Positions 20,732 through 29,487 of a stretch of DNA of 64,000 bases are shown in pieces. The notes beneath the pieces are model-generated. The model was not told the origin of the DNA and ran no database searches. It was given only the letters and a program-made list of their open reading frames with translations. Within the stretch, counting starts at the first letter, position 1. The number at the start of each line of letters is the position of its first letter. Both the position numbers and the translations under genes were made by a program. Source of the stretch: Gemmatimonadota bacterium (GTDB lineage Bacteria > Gemmatimonadota > Gemmatimonadetes > Gemmatimonadales > GWC2-71-9); contig JAOTWJ010000002.1 in NCBI GenBank assembly GCA_029862925.1, forward strand, positions 6,025 to 70,024. The letters are read 5' to 3'.

Positions 20732-20959
20732 GGCGATCCTCCGCCGACCAACGTGCGGGCTTGATCGCCAGTGCGCAACTCAGCCGCTCGGAGGTTTTCG
20801 GGATCAGCCGTCCCGGAATGCCAGGAGTAGTGACGAACGCGACGAAAACCGGCACCATCAGCCCTCACGTTCCACGCTCACTTCTCGGTTCTTGGCCCGG
20901 GACGGGGATGCCACCCAGTAGACCGCTAATCCAACAGTGATCTGGGTCACAAACGCGTC

Positions 20960-20988
20960 TTGCCGACCCTCCGACCTCGGAGCATACT
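20960..20988 (+). promoter_or_regulatory. candidate sigma70-type promoter for the protease gene (TTGCCG-17 nt-CATACT)
   Basis: The hexamers were read directly in a lower-GC divergent intergenic region, about 40 nt upstream of GTG 21030. The promoter consensus for this lineage is unknown to me. Confidence 0.25.
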
Positions 20989-21029
20989 GGACGCGAAGCG
21001 TGTCCTCGCCCTTCAACCGGGGGTGACTC

Positions 21030-22799
21030 GTGCAGACCCCACGCTCATTCTTTCGTCTCCCGGCGATCGCGTGCCTTGCGTTCGCCGCCGGTCTCTGGTC
21101 CGCCTGCGGCGACCAGGATCGACCGACTCTCACCGAACCCTCGTTCAGAGCGTCGCGGGCCGACGATGTCCGCGGCGCGATCGCCGCCCAGGAGCGGCAC
21201 ACCGACGCCCTGCTCCGGATTCCCGGGGTCGTCGGAACCGCGGTCGGCCTCCTGCCCGACGGGCGGGCGGCGGTGCGGATCTTCCTCGCACACGCCGATG
21301 TCCGCGGCATCCCCACCACCCTGGATGGGGTACCCGCGCGCGGCCTCGTGACCGGCCAGTTCGTGGCGTTCAGTGACCCCACGGCGCGCCAACGGCCCGC
21401 GCCACTGGGCTTCTCGGTGGGACACCCGGCCATCACCGCCGGCTCCATCGGTGCGCGGGTCCTGGACGGGGCCGGCACGGTCTACCTCCTGAGCAACAAC
21501 CACGTGCTCGCCAACGGCAACAACGCGAGTCTCGGGGACGCCGCGTTGCAACCGGGCCCGTTCGACGGCGGCACGCCCGCGGACCAGATCGGCACCCTCG
21601 CGGCCTTCAAGCCAATCGTCTTCACCAGCAACGCCTCGAACACGATCGACGCGGCTCTCGCGCTGTCCAATACGGCCGATCTCGGCAACGCGACGCCCGC
21701 CGACGACGGCTACGGCACACCGAGCAGCACCATCTACGGGGATGCCAACGCCGACGGCGTGTTCGATGACGTGAGCGCGCTGCTTGGCCTGGCGGTGCAG
21801 AAGTACGGCCGCACGACGGGGCGCACGTTCGGCCAGGTCACCGGCATCAACGCGACCGTCACGATCTGCTACGAGGTCCTGTGGATCTTCTGCATGAAGT
21901 CGGCCCGGTTCGTGAACCAGCTCATCGTCGAGCCCGGGAGCTTCAGCGGCGGCGGCGACTCGGGCTCGCTCATCGTGACGAACGACGGAAACCGGAATCC
22001 CGTCGGCCTGTTGTTCGCCGGGAGCAGCACGCAGACCATCGCCAATCGGATCGACCTCGTCCTGAACGAGTTCGGCGTCACGGTGGACGGCACTGCCTCG
22101 CCACCCCCCACACCGCTGACCGACATCGCGGTTACCGGTGTGAGCGCACCCGCGTCCGTCACCCAAGGGCAAACGGCGGACGTCGTGGTGACGGTGCGGA
22201 ACGTGGGGAACGAGAACGTGGCGGCTGACATCGGCGTGACTCTGCAGGACGCGACTGCCGACGTCACGATCGGTACTCAGAGCGTGTCCGGGCTGGCGCC
22301 GGGCGCCGTGACTACCCTGACCTTCGCCTGGAACACGACCGGGAGCTTGGCCGGGGCGCACACGCTCACGGCGAGCCACGACTTGGCCGACGAGAATCCG
22401 TCCAATGATCAGGCGTCCACCACGTCCCAGGTGAACCCACCCGGGACCGGCAATGGGATTCACGTGGGCGATCTGGACGGCGTCAGCTCGACGAACGGGA
22501 ATCGGTGGTCCGCGACGGTTGAGGTGACGGTGCACGACGCCGGGCACGCTCCGATCAACGGGGCTACCGTTCGTGGCGTGTGGAACCCGTCCGGGCTCGC
22601 CTCGGACGAGTGCACCACCGGTGAGCTCGGCGGGAACGGCACGTGCATCTTCCTGTTCCCGTACATCCGGAACCGTGTGGCGTCGGTGACGTTCACCGTC
22701 ACCAGCATCACGATGACGGGTCGCACGTACCTGGCCGCCGAGAACCATGATGTCGACGGCAGCAGCAACGGCACGGTGGTTACGGTCCGGCGGCCGTAG
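21030..22799 (+). CDS. chymotrypsin-fold (S1) serine protease lipoprotein with N-terminal pro-like domain and C-terminal CARDB-like domains
   Basis: The lipobox is AAGLWSAC. Triad contexts are LLSNNHVLAN (His), NTIDAALAL (Asp) and GGGDSGSLIV (Ser). The CARDB-like segment is TDIAVTGVSAPASVTQGQTADVVVTVRNVGNE..NPSNDQ. Confidence 0.85.
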   Translation: MQTPRSFFRLPAIACLAFAAGLWSACGDQDRPTLTEPSFRASRADDVRGAIAAQERHTDALLRIPGVVGTAVGLLPDGRAAVRIFLAHADVRGIPTTLDGVPARGLVTGQFVAFSDPTARQRPAPLGFSVGHPAITAGSIGARVLDGAGTVYLLSNNHVLANGNNASLGDAALQPGPFDGGTPADQIGTLAAFKPIVFTSNASNTIDAALALSNTADLGNATPADDGYGTPSSTIYGDANADGVFDDVSALLGLAVQKYGRTTGRTFGQVTGINATVTICYEVLWIFCMKSARFVNQLIVEPGSFSGGGDSGSLIVTNDGNRNPVGLLFAGSSTQTIANRIDLVLNEFGVTVDGTASPPPTPLTDIAVTGVSAPASVTQGQTADVVVTVRNVGNENVAADIGVTLQDATADVTIGTQSVSGLAPGAVTTLTFAWNTTGSLAGAHTLTASHDLADENPSNDQASTTSQVNPPGTGNGIHVGDLDGVSSTNGNRWSATVEVTVHDAGHAPINGATVRGVWNPSGLASDECTTGELGGNGTCIFLFPYIRNRVASVTFTVTSITMTGRTYLAAENHDVDGSSNGTVVTVRRP

Positions 22800-23112
22800 C
22801 GGCCGGGTTCGTCTCGCGGCGGCGGCGCTCCTCGTGCTGGGGTGCGCCGCCCCGCGCTCGCCGGAGGAGTCGGGACACATGCCGGCACGGACCATCGAGC
22901 AGGCGCTCGACGCCTATGTCGACTCGCTGATGGCCATACCCGGCGTCGTCGGGGTGGCCATCGGACGGTGTGACGACGCCCCGTGTATTCGCGTCTTTCT
23001 GGTGGATAGCGCCGCCGCCGCGCGGGCGAAAATTCCCGGTCGGCTCGATGGCTATCCGGTGCGCGCCGAGGTGACGGGTCCCATCCGCCCGCGAGGCGCC
23101 GGCGATACCTGA
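22747..23112 (+). CDS. small lipoprotein homologous to the protease N-terminal (pro-like) domain
   Basis: The ATG at 22747/22750 is the only start that yields the lipobox LLVLGC. It overlaps the protease 3' end by about 50 nt. The alternative ATG at 22879 would give no signal peptide. The core IPGVVGVAIG..IRVFL..IPGRLDGYPVRAEVTG aligns to protease residues 50-113. Confidence 0.6.
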   Translation: MMSTAAATARWLRSGGRSGRVRLAAAALLVLGCAAPRSPEESGHMPARTIEQALDAYVDSLMAIPGVVGVAIGRCDDAPCIRVFLVDSAAAARAKIPGRLDGYPVRAEVTGPIRPRGAGDT

Positions 23113-23131
23113 CGAAGGGGTTCGAGAGTGC

Positions 23132-23173
23132 CCGAGCCGTGCGGCCACCGCAGGGTCGGCCGCACGGCTTCGG
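23132..23173. terminator. strong bidirectional terminator-like hairpin
   Basis: A perfect 11-bp inverted repeat, GCCGTGCGGCC (23136-23146) / GGCCGCACGGC (23158-23168), has an 11-nt loop. It can be extended to about 15 bp with one bulge. It lies between the convergent stops at 23112 and 23185. Confidence 0.6.
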
Positions 23174-23184
23174 TCCCAGGCCCG

Positions 23185-23859
23185 CTAATTGACCACCCCG
23201 CACGCTACGGGAAGACCGGCCGGCGCCGCAGCGGCTGCCGGGTCGGCACTCAGATCCGTTCCCGCGGCCACGCCGTGGAGCACCACGGTGCGGTTGGCCA
23301 AGTCCAGCGGACCGCCGAGCGCGGCCTCCAGATCCGCTACCGAGCCGCTCGCCATGAAGGTGATCGCGCCCCCGGCGTTATCGGGATTCGGGAGCGTGGT
23401 GGGGTCGGGGCCCGGCGTGGCAAGATCCCCGTCGAGCCAGAAGAGCACCGGACCGAAGAACGGCACGCCATCACCCAGGCTTACGATGCCGTCGCCGCCA
23501 TCATCGCCGGGTGAGGGGCAGCCGGAGGCCATGTGCACGTGCTGGGCGTGGGGCATGCCGGGCTGAAGGCCGGACGCGTTCACGCGGACCGTGAGCACCC
23601 CGTCCTTGATCTTGAAGTTGGCGATGCCCTGCACTGGGCGGTAGCTGAACGCGCCGTTCAGCGGACGGAGCTGCGCCGCGTACGTCTGCGCTTCGCCTTG
23701 CGACACGGCGGGTCTCGCCTCCCGGCTCAGCAGCGGCTCGCCCGGCGCAGTCGACCCGTCCTGCGCGCAGGACATGAGCGCGAGGCCGAGGACGGCCAGG
23801 CCGACGAGCGATGATGCTGCCGACGGCGTGGGAGGGGAGTGGCGGCGTGATCGCGTCAT
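23185..23859 (-). CDS. CHRD-like / Cu,Zn-SOD-like beta-sandwich lipoprotein
   Basis: The ATG at 23859 follows an AGGAGG RBS. The lipobox is LALMSC. Features include GIANFKIKDGVLTVRVNASGL, HAQHVHMASGC and a late NRTVVLHG. The family call is tentative. Confidence 0.6.
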   Translation of the reverse strand: MTRSRRHSPPTPSAASSLVGLAVLGLALMSCAQDGSTAPGEPLLSREARPAVSQGEAQTYAAQLRPLNGAFSYRPVQGIANFKIKDGVLTVRVNASGLQPGMPHAQHVHMASGCPSPGDDGGDGIVSLGDGVPFFGPVLFWLDGDLATPGPDPTTLPNPDNAGGAITFMASGSVADLEAALGGPLDLANRTVVLHGVAAGTDLSADPAAAAAPAGLPVACGVVN

Positions 23860-24041
23860 GCGGACCTCCTTGTGGGAGCTGGGGTGGCTGGCGTCCCAGT
23901 CATTCCGGGACGCACCTGGGAGAGCCACATTCACGGCACGACGATTCAGCTTGAACGACCCGGCCAACTGAACGATCCCACCGCCCAGCACCGCCCGATT
24001 CGCTCGCCGCCCTGGCGGCCGCCGAGGCAACCCGCACTCTT

Positions 24042-24458
24042 TCACGGCGTGAACCGCGCGACCCCTCCGCCCACGAGCCCACCGCGCTGCCCCTCCCCAG
24101 CCCAACGCTGCAACGTCACACGGTACTCGATGCCCCGCCGAAGCGGTGCGGGCGCGCGGAGCTCGACCGCACCGGCAGGCGTTTGCCCGTAGCGCACCTC
24201 GGGCACGATGACGTTGGCGCCCTCCCCACTGACCCGCCACACCGACTCGGCCCCGCGACTCATGTCGGCAACCTCCAGCATGGCCACCGGGCAGGCCGGC
24301 GTCCATTGGAAGTCGGGTGTCGTCCCGCCGGTGAACGCCACGGTGACGACATCGCCCGGACACGGAACCTCATGCTCCGGGAGATCGGGACGACCACATG
24401 CGGTTGCCGCAGCGGCAACCACGAGCAGGGTGAGCCGCGGCCGGCGCAGGAACGTCAC
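24042..24458 (-). CDS. hypothetical lipoprotein (138 aa)
   Basis: The GTG at 24458 forms a GTGA overlap with the dps stop. The signal and lipobox are LLVVAAAATAC. I recognise no family. Confidence 0.55.
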   Translation of the reverse strand: MTFLRRPRLTLLVVAAAATACGRPDLPEHEVPCPGDVVTVAFTGGTTPDFQWTPACPVAMLEVADMSRGAESVWRVSGEGANVIVPEVRYGQTPAGAVELRAPAPLRRGIEYRVTLQRWAGEGQRGGLVGGGVARFTP

Positions 24459-24878
24459 TCCAAGTGGCTGCGCAGCATCCACGCGTTCTTTGCGTGCACG
24501 TCAAGTCGCCGCGTCGCGAGATCCGCCGTCGCCTGATCGCCCGCGGCGTCTGCGGCCGCGAACACGTCGCGCGCCACCGCGGCGACCGCTTCCTGGTCGG
24601 CGACCAGCCTCCGGATCATATCGTCCGCGCCGGGCTTGCCCGTTTCCTCCTTCACGGCGCTGAGCGGCGCGAATTCCGCCGAGCGCCCGAATTCGCTCGG
24701 CGATCTCGTCGATCGCCGTGGCATATTCCGTGTACTGCAGTTCGAACAACGTGTGGAGCGTGGTGAACATCCGCCCCGTGACGTTCCAATGGTAATTGTG
24801 CGTCTTGACGTACAGCGTATAACTGCTCGCGAGCAGCCTGGCGAGGGGATCCACGACTGCACGATTCGGTGGACTCAC
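24455..24878 (-). pseudogene. dps: Dps (DNA-binding ferritin-like protein) interrupted by a frameshift
   Basis: A GTG at 24878 follows a GGAGGA RBS. The N-terminal half (..YTLYVKTHNYHWNVTGRMFTTLHTLFELQYTEYATAIDEIAERIRALGG) is in one frame. The C-terminal half (SAEFAPLSAVKEE..DQATADLATRRLDVHAKNAWMLRSHLE*) is in the adjacent frame. The switch falls near 24675-24682. Confidence 0.8.
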
Positions 24879-24985
24879 GGTCTGTCCTCCGTTCTGGGAT
24901 TCTCAGTCCACATCTCACTACCCTGAAGCTAGACACCCGCGGCGCGCATGCGCGACCCCTGAACCGGCCACCCGCCCAACCGCCC

Positions 24986-27385
24986 TCAACTCGCCGCCTT
25001 GCCGTCCTTCACGTACCGATCGAACCACTCGATCATCCGCGCCACCACGTCCATCACGCTCTCCCGCGCCGCGTACCCATGCGACTCGAACGGGAGCTGT
25101 ACGTACTCGACCGTCGCCCCGTGCCCCTTGAGCGCGTGGTACATCCGCTCCGACTGAATGGGGAACGTGCCCGAGTTGTTGTCGTTCATCCCGTGAATCA
25201 GCAGGATCGGCTCGTTGATCTGGTCGGCGAAGGTGAACGGCATCATCGCCAGGTACACGTCCCGGGCCTCCCAGAACGTGCGCCGCTCGTTCTGGAACCC
25301 GAACGGGGTCAGGGTGCGGTTGTACGCGCCACTCCGGGCCACGCCCGCCTTGAACAGGTCGGAGTGCGCCAGCAGGTTGGCCGTGGCGAACGCCCCGTAG
25401 CTGTGCCCACCCACGCCAAAGTTGCCGTCGGCGATGCCACGCGCCATCAGGTGGTCGATCGCGGCCTTCGCCCCCGCGACGGTCTGCTCGACGTACGTGT
25501 CGTTCGCGCTGTCCCCACCGACCACGGGGAGCGTGGGGTTGTCGAGCACCGCATAGCCCTGCGTGAGCAGGAACAGATGGGACGAGCCACCCGGCAACAC
25601 GAACCGGTTGGGACTCCCGGTCACCTGCCCCGCCGCGTCCGCCGACGCGAACTCGCGCGGATAGATCCAGAAGACCACCGGCACGCGCTGGCCGTCCTGG
25701 TAGCCGGTCGGGTAGTAGAGCGTGCCCGACAGCGCGACCCCGTCGGCGCGCTCGTACGTAAGCAGCTCGCGCCGCACCGTGGCCAGCTCCGGCGCGGGGT
25801 TCTCGAGCTCCGTGAGGGCGACCGGCGCCGCGCGGCTCCGCACGTCCCTGAGCAGGTAGTTGGGCGGGGCGGTGCGGCTCTCCTGCCGGGTGACGACGCG
25901 GCGGCCCTGCGCGTCGAGCAGCGCGGCGACGCTCTCGTACACGTCGCCCTCGGACTGCCACAGCCGTTCCGTCTTGCGGTTTTCCAGGTTCATCCGGTCG
26001 AGGAACGGCCGGTCCCCCTCCGGCGAGGCCCCGGCCCCGCGCAGGTACACCCACCTGCCGTCCCGGCTCTGCAGAAGCACGGTCTCCCCCGCCGCGTCCC
26101 GCGTCAGGACCGGCGTGCCCGGATCGCCGTAGCGATCCTCGGCGCTGCGGTCCATCAGGATGCGCCACCCCGCAGCCGGGCGGTGCGTGTCGATCTTCCA
26201 GACGCGCATCCGCCGCGTCGGCCGGTCGTACTCGCTGACCAGTGCGAGCCCATCGCGGCCCCAGCGGGTGCCGGCGTACCGGTACGCCAGCCGACCGAGC
26301 TCGACCGGCACCGTGAACGGCGCCGCGATCGAGACGACCCGGTCGCGGACCTCGGCGCGCCGGCGGTTGTCGCCGCCGTCCAGGGCCTCGACGTAGACCA
26401 CCGTCGCCTCCTCGCCCGGCCGCCACTGCGCGCTGCGTGGCCCGGTCGGGACGCCGTCCACCGGCACCTGCTCGGCGGGGGGTAGCGACGCCAGCGTCAC
26501 CGCGCGTTCCCCGCGCAGGGTCCACACCTCCAGCTCCCGCGCGAACGACCACACCGGCACGAGATACGAGTAGGGCCGCACGACCCGGGTGACGAGCAGC
26601 AGCCGGCCGCCCGGGGCCGGATCGTGCTGGAGGAAGATTCCCGGTGAGCCAACCGCGGTCCGGGCGCCCGTCGTTACGTCGAGCAGCACCAGCTGGCTCG
26701 TGGCGTAGTGGTCGAACAGCCGCTCGTCGTGCGGTGACTCGAGCAGGTCCTGATACGTCCGGACCGGGGCCGCCCGGCCCTCGTTGCGCTGCACGATGGG
26801 ACCCGTGGGCACGAAAGGCGCCTGGGGTAACGGGCCGCGATCCGCCGGCACCAGCCTGCAGAGCAGTTGGGTGGCACTCGGCATCCACGTGCAGGGCGCG
26901 CCCAGAACGCCGTTCAACTCGGGACCCGTGACAGCCCGGCTCGCGCCCGAGGCCGTCTCGCCGACCCACAGCTCCACGCCGCGGTCGGTCGTGGTGGTGA
27001 ACGCGAACCGCGCCCCGTCGGGCGCCCAGGACACGTCGTCCAGCCTGGCGCCCGGCGGCATGGGGATCGGTCGGCGCGTGCCGGTCGCGACGTCGTACAG
27101 CGTGAGGCCCTGCGCGAGGCGCACCCTGAACGCCGCGTTGGTCTGCGGATTGATCCGCAGCCCCGCCAGCCGCAGCATCGGCTGTGCGAGGTCGGCGAGG
27201 GCGGGAAGTCCCTCGCGCTCCACGAGCAGCAGGGCGGTCCCCGTGGGCGACTCCTCGACGGCCGGCAGCGGTGGCGCGTCCATGATGCGGCGCACAATGT
27301 CGGGCGGCGCGCGGTACGGCTCCTGCGCCCCGGCGGGCGGCAGGGCAAGCAGCAGCGCGAACAGCACGAGTGAGGGGTGTTTCAC
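24986..27385 (-). CDS. S9-family serine peptidase (prolyl oligopeptidase / acylaminoacyl peptidase type) with N-terminal beta-propeller
   Basis: There is a signal peptide. The nucleophile context is GVGGHSYGAF (GxSxG). LLIHGMNDNNSG (Asp) and FESHGY (His) complete the triad. The N-terminal 500 aa look like a propeller. Confidence 0.85.
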   Translation of the reverse strand: MKHPSLVLFALLLALPPAGAQEPYRAPPDIVRRIMDAPPLPAVEESPTGTALLLVEREGLPALADLAQPMLRLAGLRINPQTNAAFRVRLAQGLTLYDVATGTRRPIPMPPGARLDDVSWAPDGARFAFTTTTDRGVELWVGETASGASRAVTGPELNGVLGAPCTWMPSATQLLCRLVPADRGPLPQAPFVPTGPIVQRNEGRAAPVRTYQDLLESPHDERLFDHYATSQLVLLDVTTGARTAVGSPGIFLQHDPAPGGRLLLVTRVVRPYSYLVPVWSFARELEVWTLRGERAVTLASLPPAEQVPVDGVPTGPRSAQWRPGEEATVVYVEALDGGDNRRRAEVRDRVVSIAAPFTVPVELGRLAYRYAGTRWGRDGLALVSEYDRPTRRMRVWKIDTHRPAAGWRILMDRSAEDRYGDPGTPVLTRDAAGETVLLQSRDGRWVYLRGAGASPEGDRPFLDRMNLENRKTERLWQSEGDVYESVAALLDAQGRRVVTRQESRTAPPNYLLRDVRSRAAPVALTELENPAPELATVRRELLTYERADGVALSGTLYYPTGYQDGQRVPVVFWIYPREFASADAAGQVTGSPNRFVLPGGSSHLFLLTQGYAVLDNPTLPVVGGDSANDTYVEQTVAGAKAAIDHLMARGIADGNFGVGGHSYGAFATANLLAHSDLFKAGVARSGAYNRTLTPFGFQNERRTFWEARDVYLAMMPFTFADQINEPILLIHGMNDNNSGTFPIQSERMYHALKGHGATVEYVQLPFESHGYAARESVMDVVARMIEWFDRYVKDGKAAS

Positions 27386-27489
27386 GGAATCCTCGCGGCT
27401 GGGGAACGCCGCAAAGCTACGCCACTGCCGCGCCCGGTGCCACGCCGCCCCCCTGCCCCTCGTGCCGCCCCAGCCCGTACTTTCTCTCC

Positions 27490-29487
27490 ATGCATCCTCC
27501 CGCCCTGCTCCGCGACCTCGTGATCCTGGTGGCGGCGGCCATTCCGGTCGTGGCCCTCTTTCAGCGGTTTCGGATCCCGAGCATCGTGGGGTTCCTGCTC
27601 ACGGGTGTGGCAATCGGCCCGTCCGGCCTGCACCTCATCGCCGACACCGCGTCCGTGAGCGAGCTGGCCGAGATGGGCGTGGTACTCCTGCTGTTCGCGA
27701 TCGGGCTGGAGCTTTCCCTGAGTCGCGTGCTCCGGCTGGGACGCGTGCTCGTCCAGGGGGGCACGGTGCAGGTCGTCGGCACGCTGCTTCTCGTGACGGG
27801 CCTGGCGCTGGCGGCCGGGGAACCGGTGGAACGGGCCGTGCTGTTCGGTGCGCTGGGCGCCCTCTCCTCGACCGCCATCATCCTCAAGGTGTACTCGGAG
27901 CGCGGGACGCTCGACTCCCCCGACGGGCGGCTCGTGGTCCCCATCGCCCTGTATCAGGACCTCGCGATCATCCCCCTGGTCCTGCTGGTCGGCCTGCTCG
28001 GTGGCGCCGGCGGCTCCGTGGGCGGCGCGGTCGTCAAGGTGGGCGGCAGCATCCTGCTCGTGGCCGTCCTGGTGCTCGGAGGCCGCGCTGTCATCCCGTG
28101 GGTGCTGGCGCAGGTCGCGCGCGTGCGCAGTCGGGAGTTGTTCACCCTCGCGATCGTGTTCCTCGGCATCGCGGCGGCGTACGTCACACAGCTCGCCGGG
28201 CTGTCCCTCGCCCTCGGGGCGTTTCTCGCCGGGCTCGTCATCTCGGAGTCCGAATACGGCGCCCAGGCCCTCTCCGATGTCGTCCCGTTCCGGGACACGC
28301 TCACCGGGATCTTCTTCGCGTCGGTGGGGATGCTGCTGGACCTGTCCTTCGTGGCCCGACAGCCGGCGCTGGTGGTGGGTGTCGCGGTCGGCGTGATCGT
28401 GCTCAAGGCCGGCGTCGCGGCCGCCGCCGGACTGTCCCTCCGCCGGCCGCTCCACACCAGCCTCGTCGCGGGCCTCGGCCTCGCCCAGGTGGGCGAGTTC
28501 TCGTTCGTGCTCGCGACCATGGCGCTCCCCGCGGGACTGCTGCCGCCGGACGCCTATCAGCTGTTTCTCAGCGCCTCCGTCATCACGATGTTCGCCGCCC
28601 CGTTCGTCATCGCCGCGGCGCCCGCGATGGCCACGGCGATCTGCCGTGTCGCCCATCAGCCCGAGCCCGTCCTGTCGGAGGAGGAAGACGAAGACGTCCA
28701 CGCCCTGCGGGATCACGTCGTCATCGTGGGCTACGGGGTGAACGGCCGCAATCTGGCGCGCGTGCTCGACGGCGCGGGCGTCCCGTACGTCATCCTCGAG
28801 CAGAATCCCGACACAGTGACCGCTGCGCGGGCCGAGCTGCAGCCGATCCTGTTCGGCGACGCCACGCGGCCTGCGGTGCTCGAGCGCGTGCACCTCGAGC
28901 GGGCCCGGGCCATCGTGTTTGCCATCTCGTCCCCGGCCGACGAGATTCGCGGCGTCGCCGCCGCGCGGGCCGCGAGCCCGACCGTGCACATCATCGTGCG
29001 CACCCGCTACGTGCGGGCCATGCAGGATCTCCTGGACGCGGGCGCCAACGAGGTCATTCCCGAGGAGTTCGAGACCTCGCTCGAGATCTTCAGCCGCGTG
29101 CTGCGGCACTTCGAGGTCGCGTCGAACGTGATCGCCCGCGAGGTGGAGGGCGCCCGCGTAGAGCTCTATGGCATGGCCCTCGGCCGGGCCGCCGGTCCCT
29201 CGCAGCTCGAGGCGCTCGCCCATCTCGGCGAGCACCATGGCCTGGAGATGATCGCGGTGGAGGCCGGCGCCGAGGCCGTCGACGGGCATCCCGTGAGCCT
29301 CGACCTGCGCCGCCAGACCGGGGCGACCGTGATCGCCGTCGTGCGGGACGGGCAGGCCCTGTACACGCCCAATCCCGAGTTTCGCTTTCGTCCGGGCGAC
29401 ACCGTGGTGCTCGCCGGCGACGACGAGGCCCTCGCCAGCGCCCGGCGCCGCTTCGTCGCGCCGCGGGCAAGCGCCGACCCGGGGTAG
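27490..29487 (+). CDS. CPA2-family monovalent cation:proton antiporter with C-terminal RCK (TrkA-N/TrkA-C) domains (KefB/KefC-like)
   Basis: The ATG at 27490 leads into about 12 TM segments (IPSIVGFLLTGVAIGPSGL, EMGVVLLLFAIGLELS). The RCK part follows (HVVIVGYGVNGRNLA .. GDTVVLAGDDEAL). Confidence 0.85.
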   Translation: MHPPALLRDLVILVAAAIPVVALFQRFRIPSIVGFLLTGVAIGPSGLHLIADTASVSELAEMGVVLLLFAIGLELSLSRVLRLGRVLVQGGTVQVVGTLLLVTGLALAAGEPVERAVLFGALGALSSTAIILKVYSERGTLDSPDGRLVVPIALYQDLAIIPLVLLVGLLGGAGGSVGGAVVKVGGSILLVAVLVLGGRAVIPWVLAQVARVRSRELFTLAIVFLGIAAAYVTQLAGLSLALGAFLAGLVISESEYGAQALSDVVPFRDTLTGIFFASVGMLLDLSFVARQPALVVGVAVGVIVLKAGVAAAAGLSLRRPLHTSLVAGLGLAQVGEFSFVLATMALPAGLLPPDAYQLFLSASVITMFAAPFVIAAAPAMATAICRVAHQPEPVLSEEEDEDVHALRDHVVIVGYGVNGRNLARVLDGAGVPYVILEQNPDTVTAARAELQPILFGDATRPAVLERVHLERARAIVFAISSPADEIRGVAAARAASPTVHIIVRTRYVRAMQDLLDAGANEVIPEEFETSLEIFSRVLRHFEVASNVIAREVEGARVELYGMALGRAAGPSQLEALAHLGEHHGLEMIAVEAGAEAVDGHPVSLDLRRQTGATVIAVVRDGQALYTPNPEFRFRPGDTVVLAGDDEALASARRRFVAPRASADPG

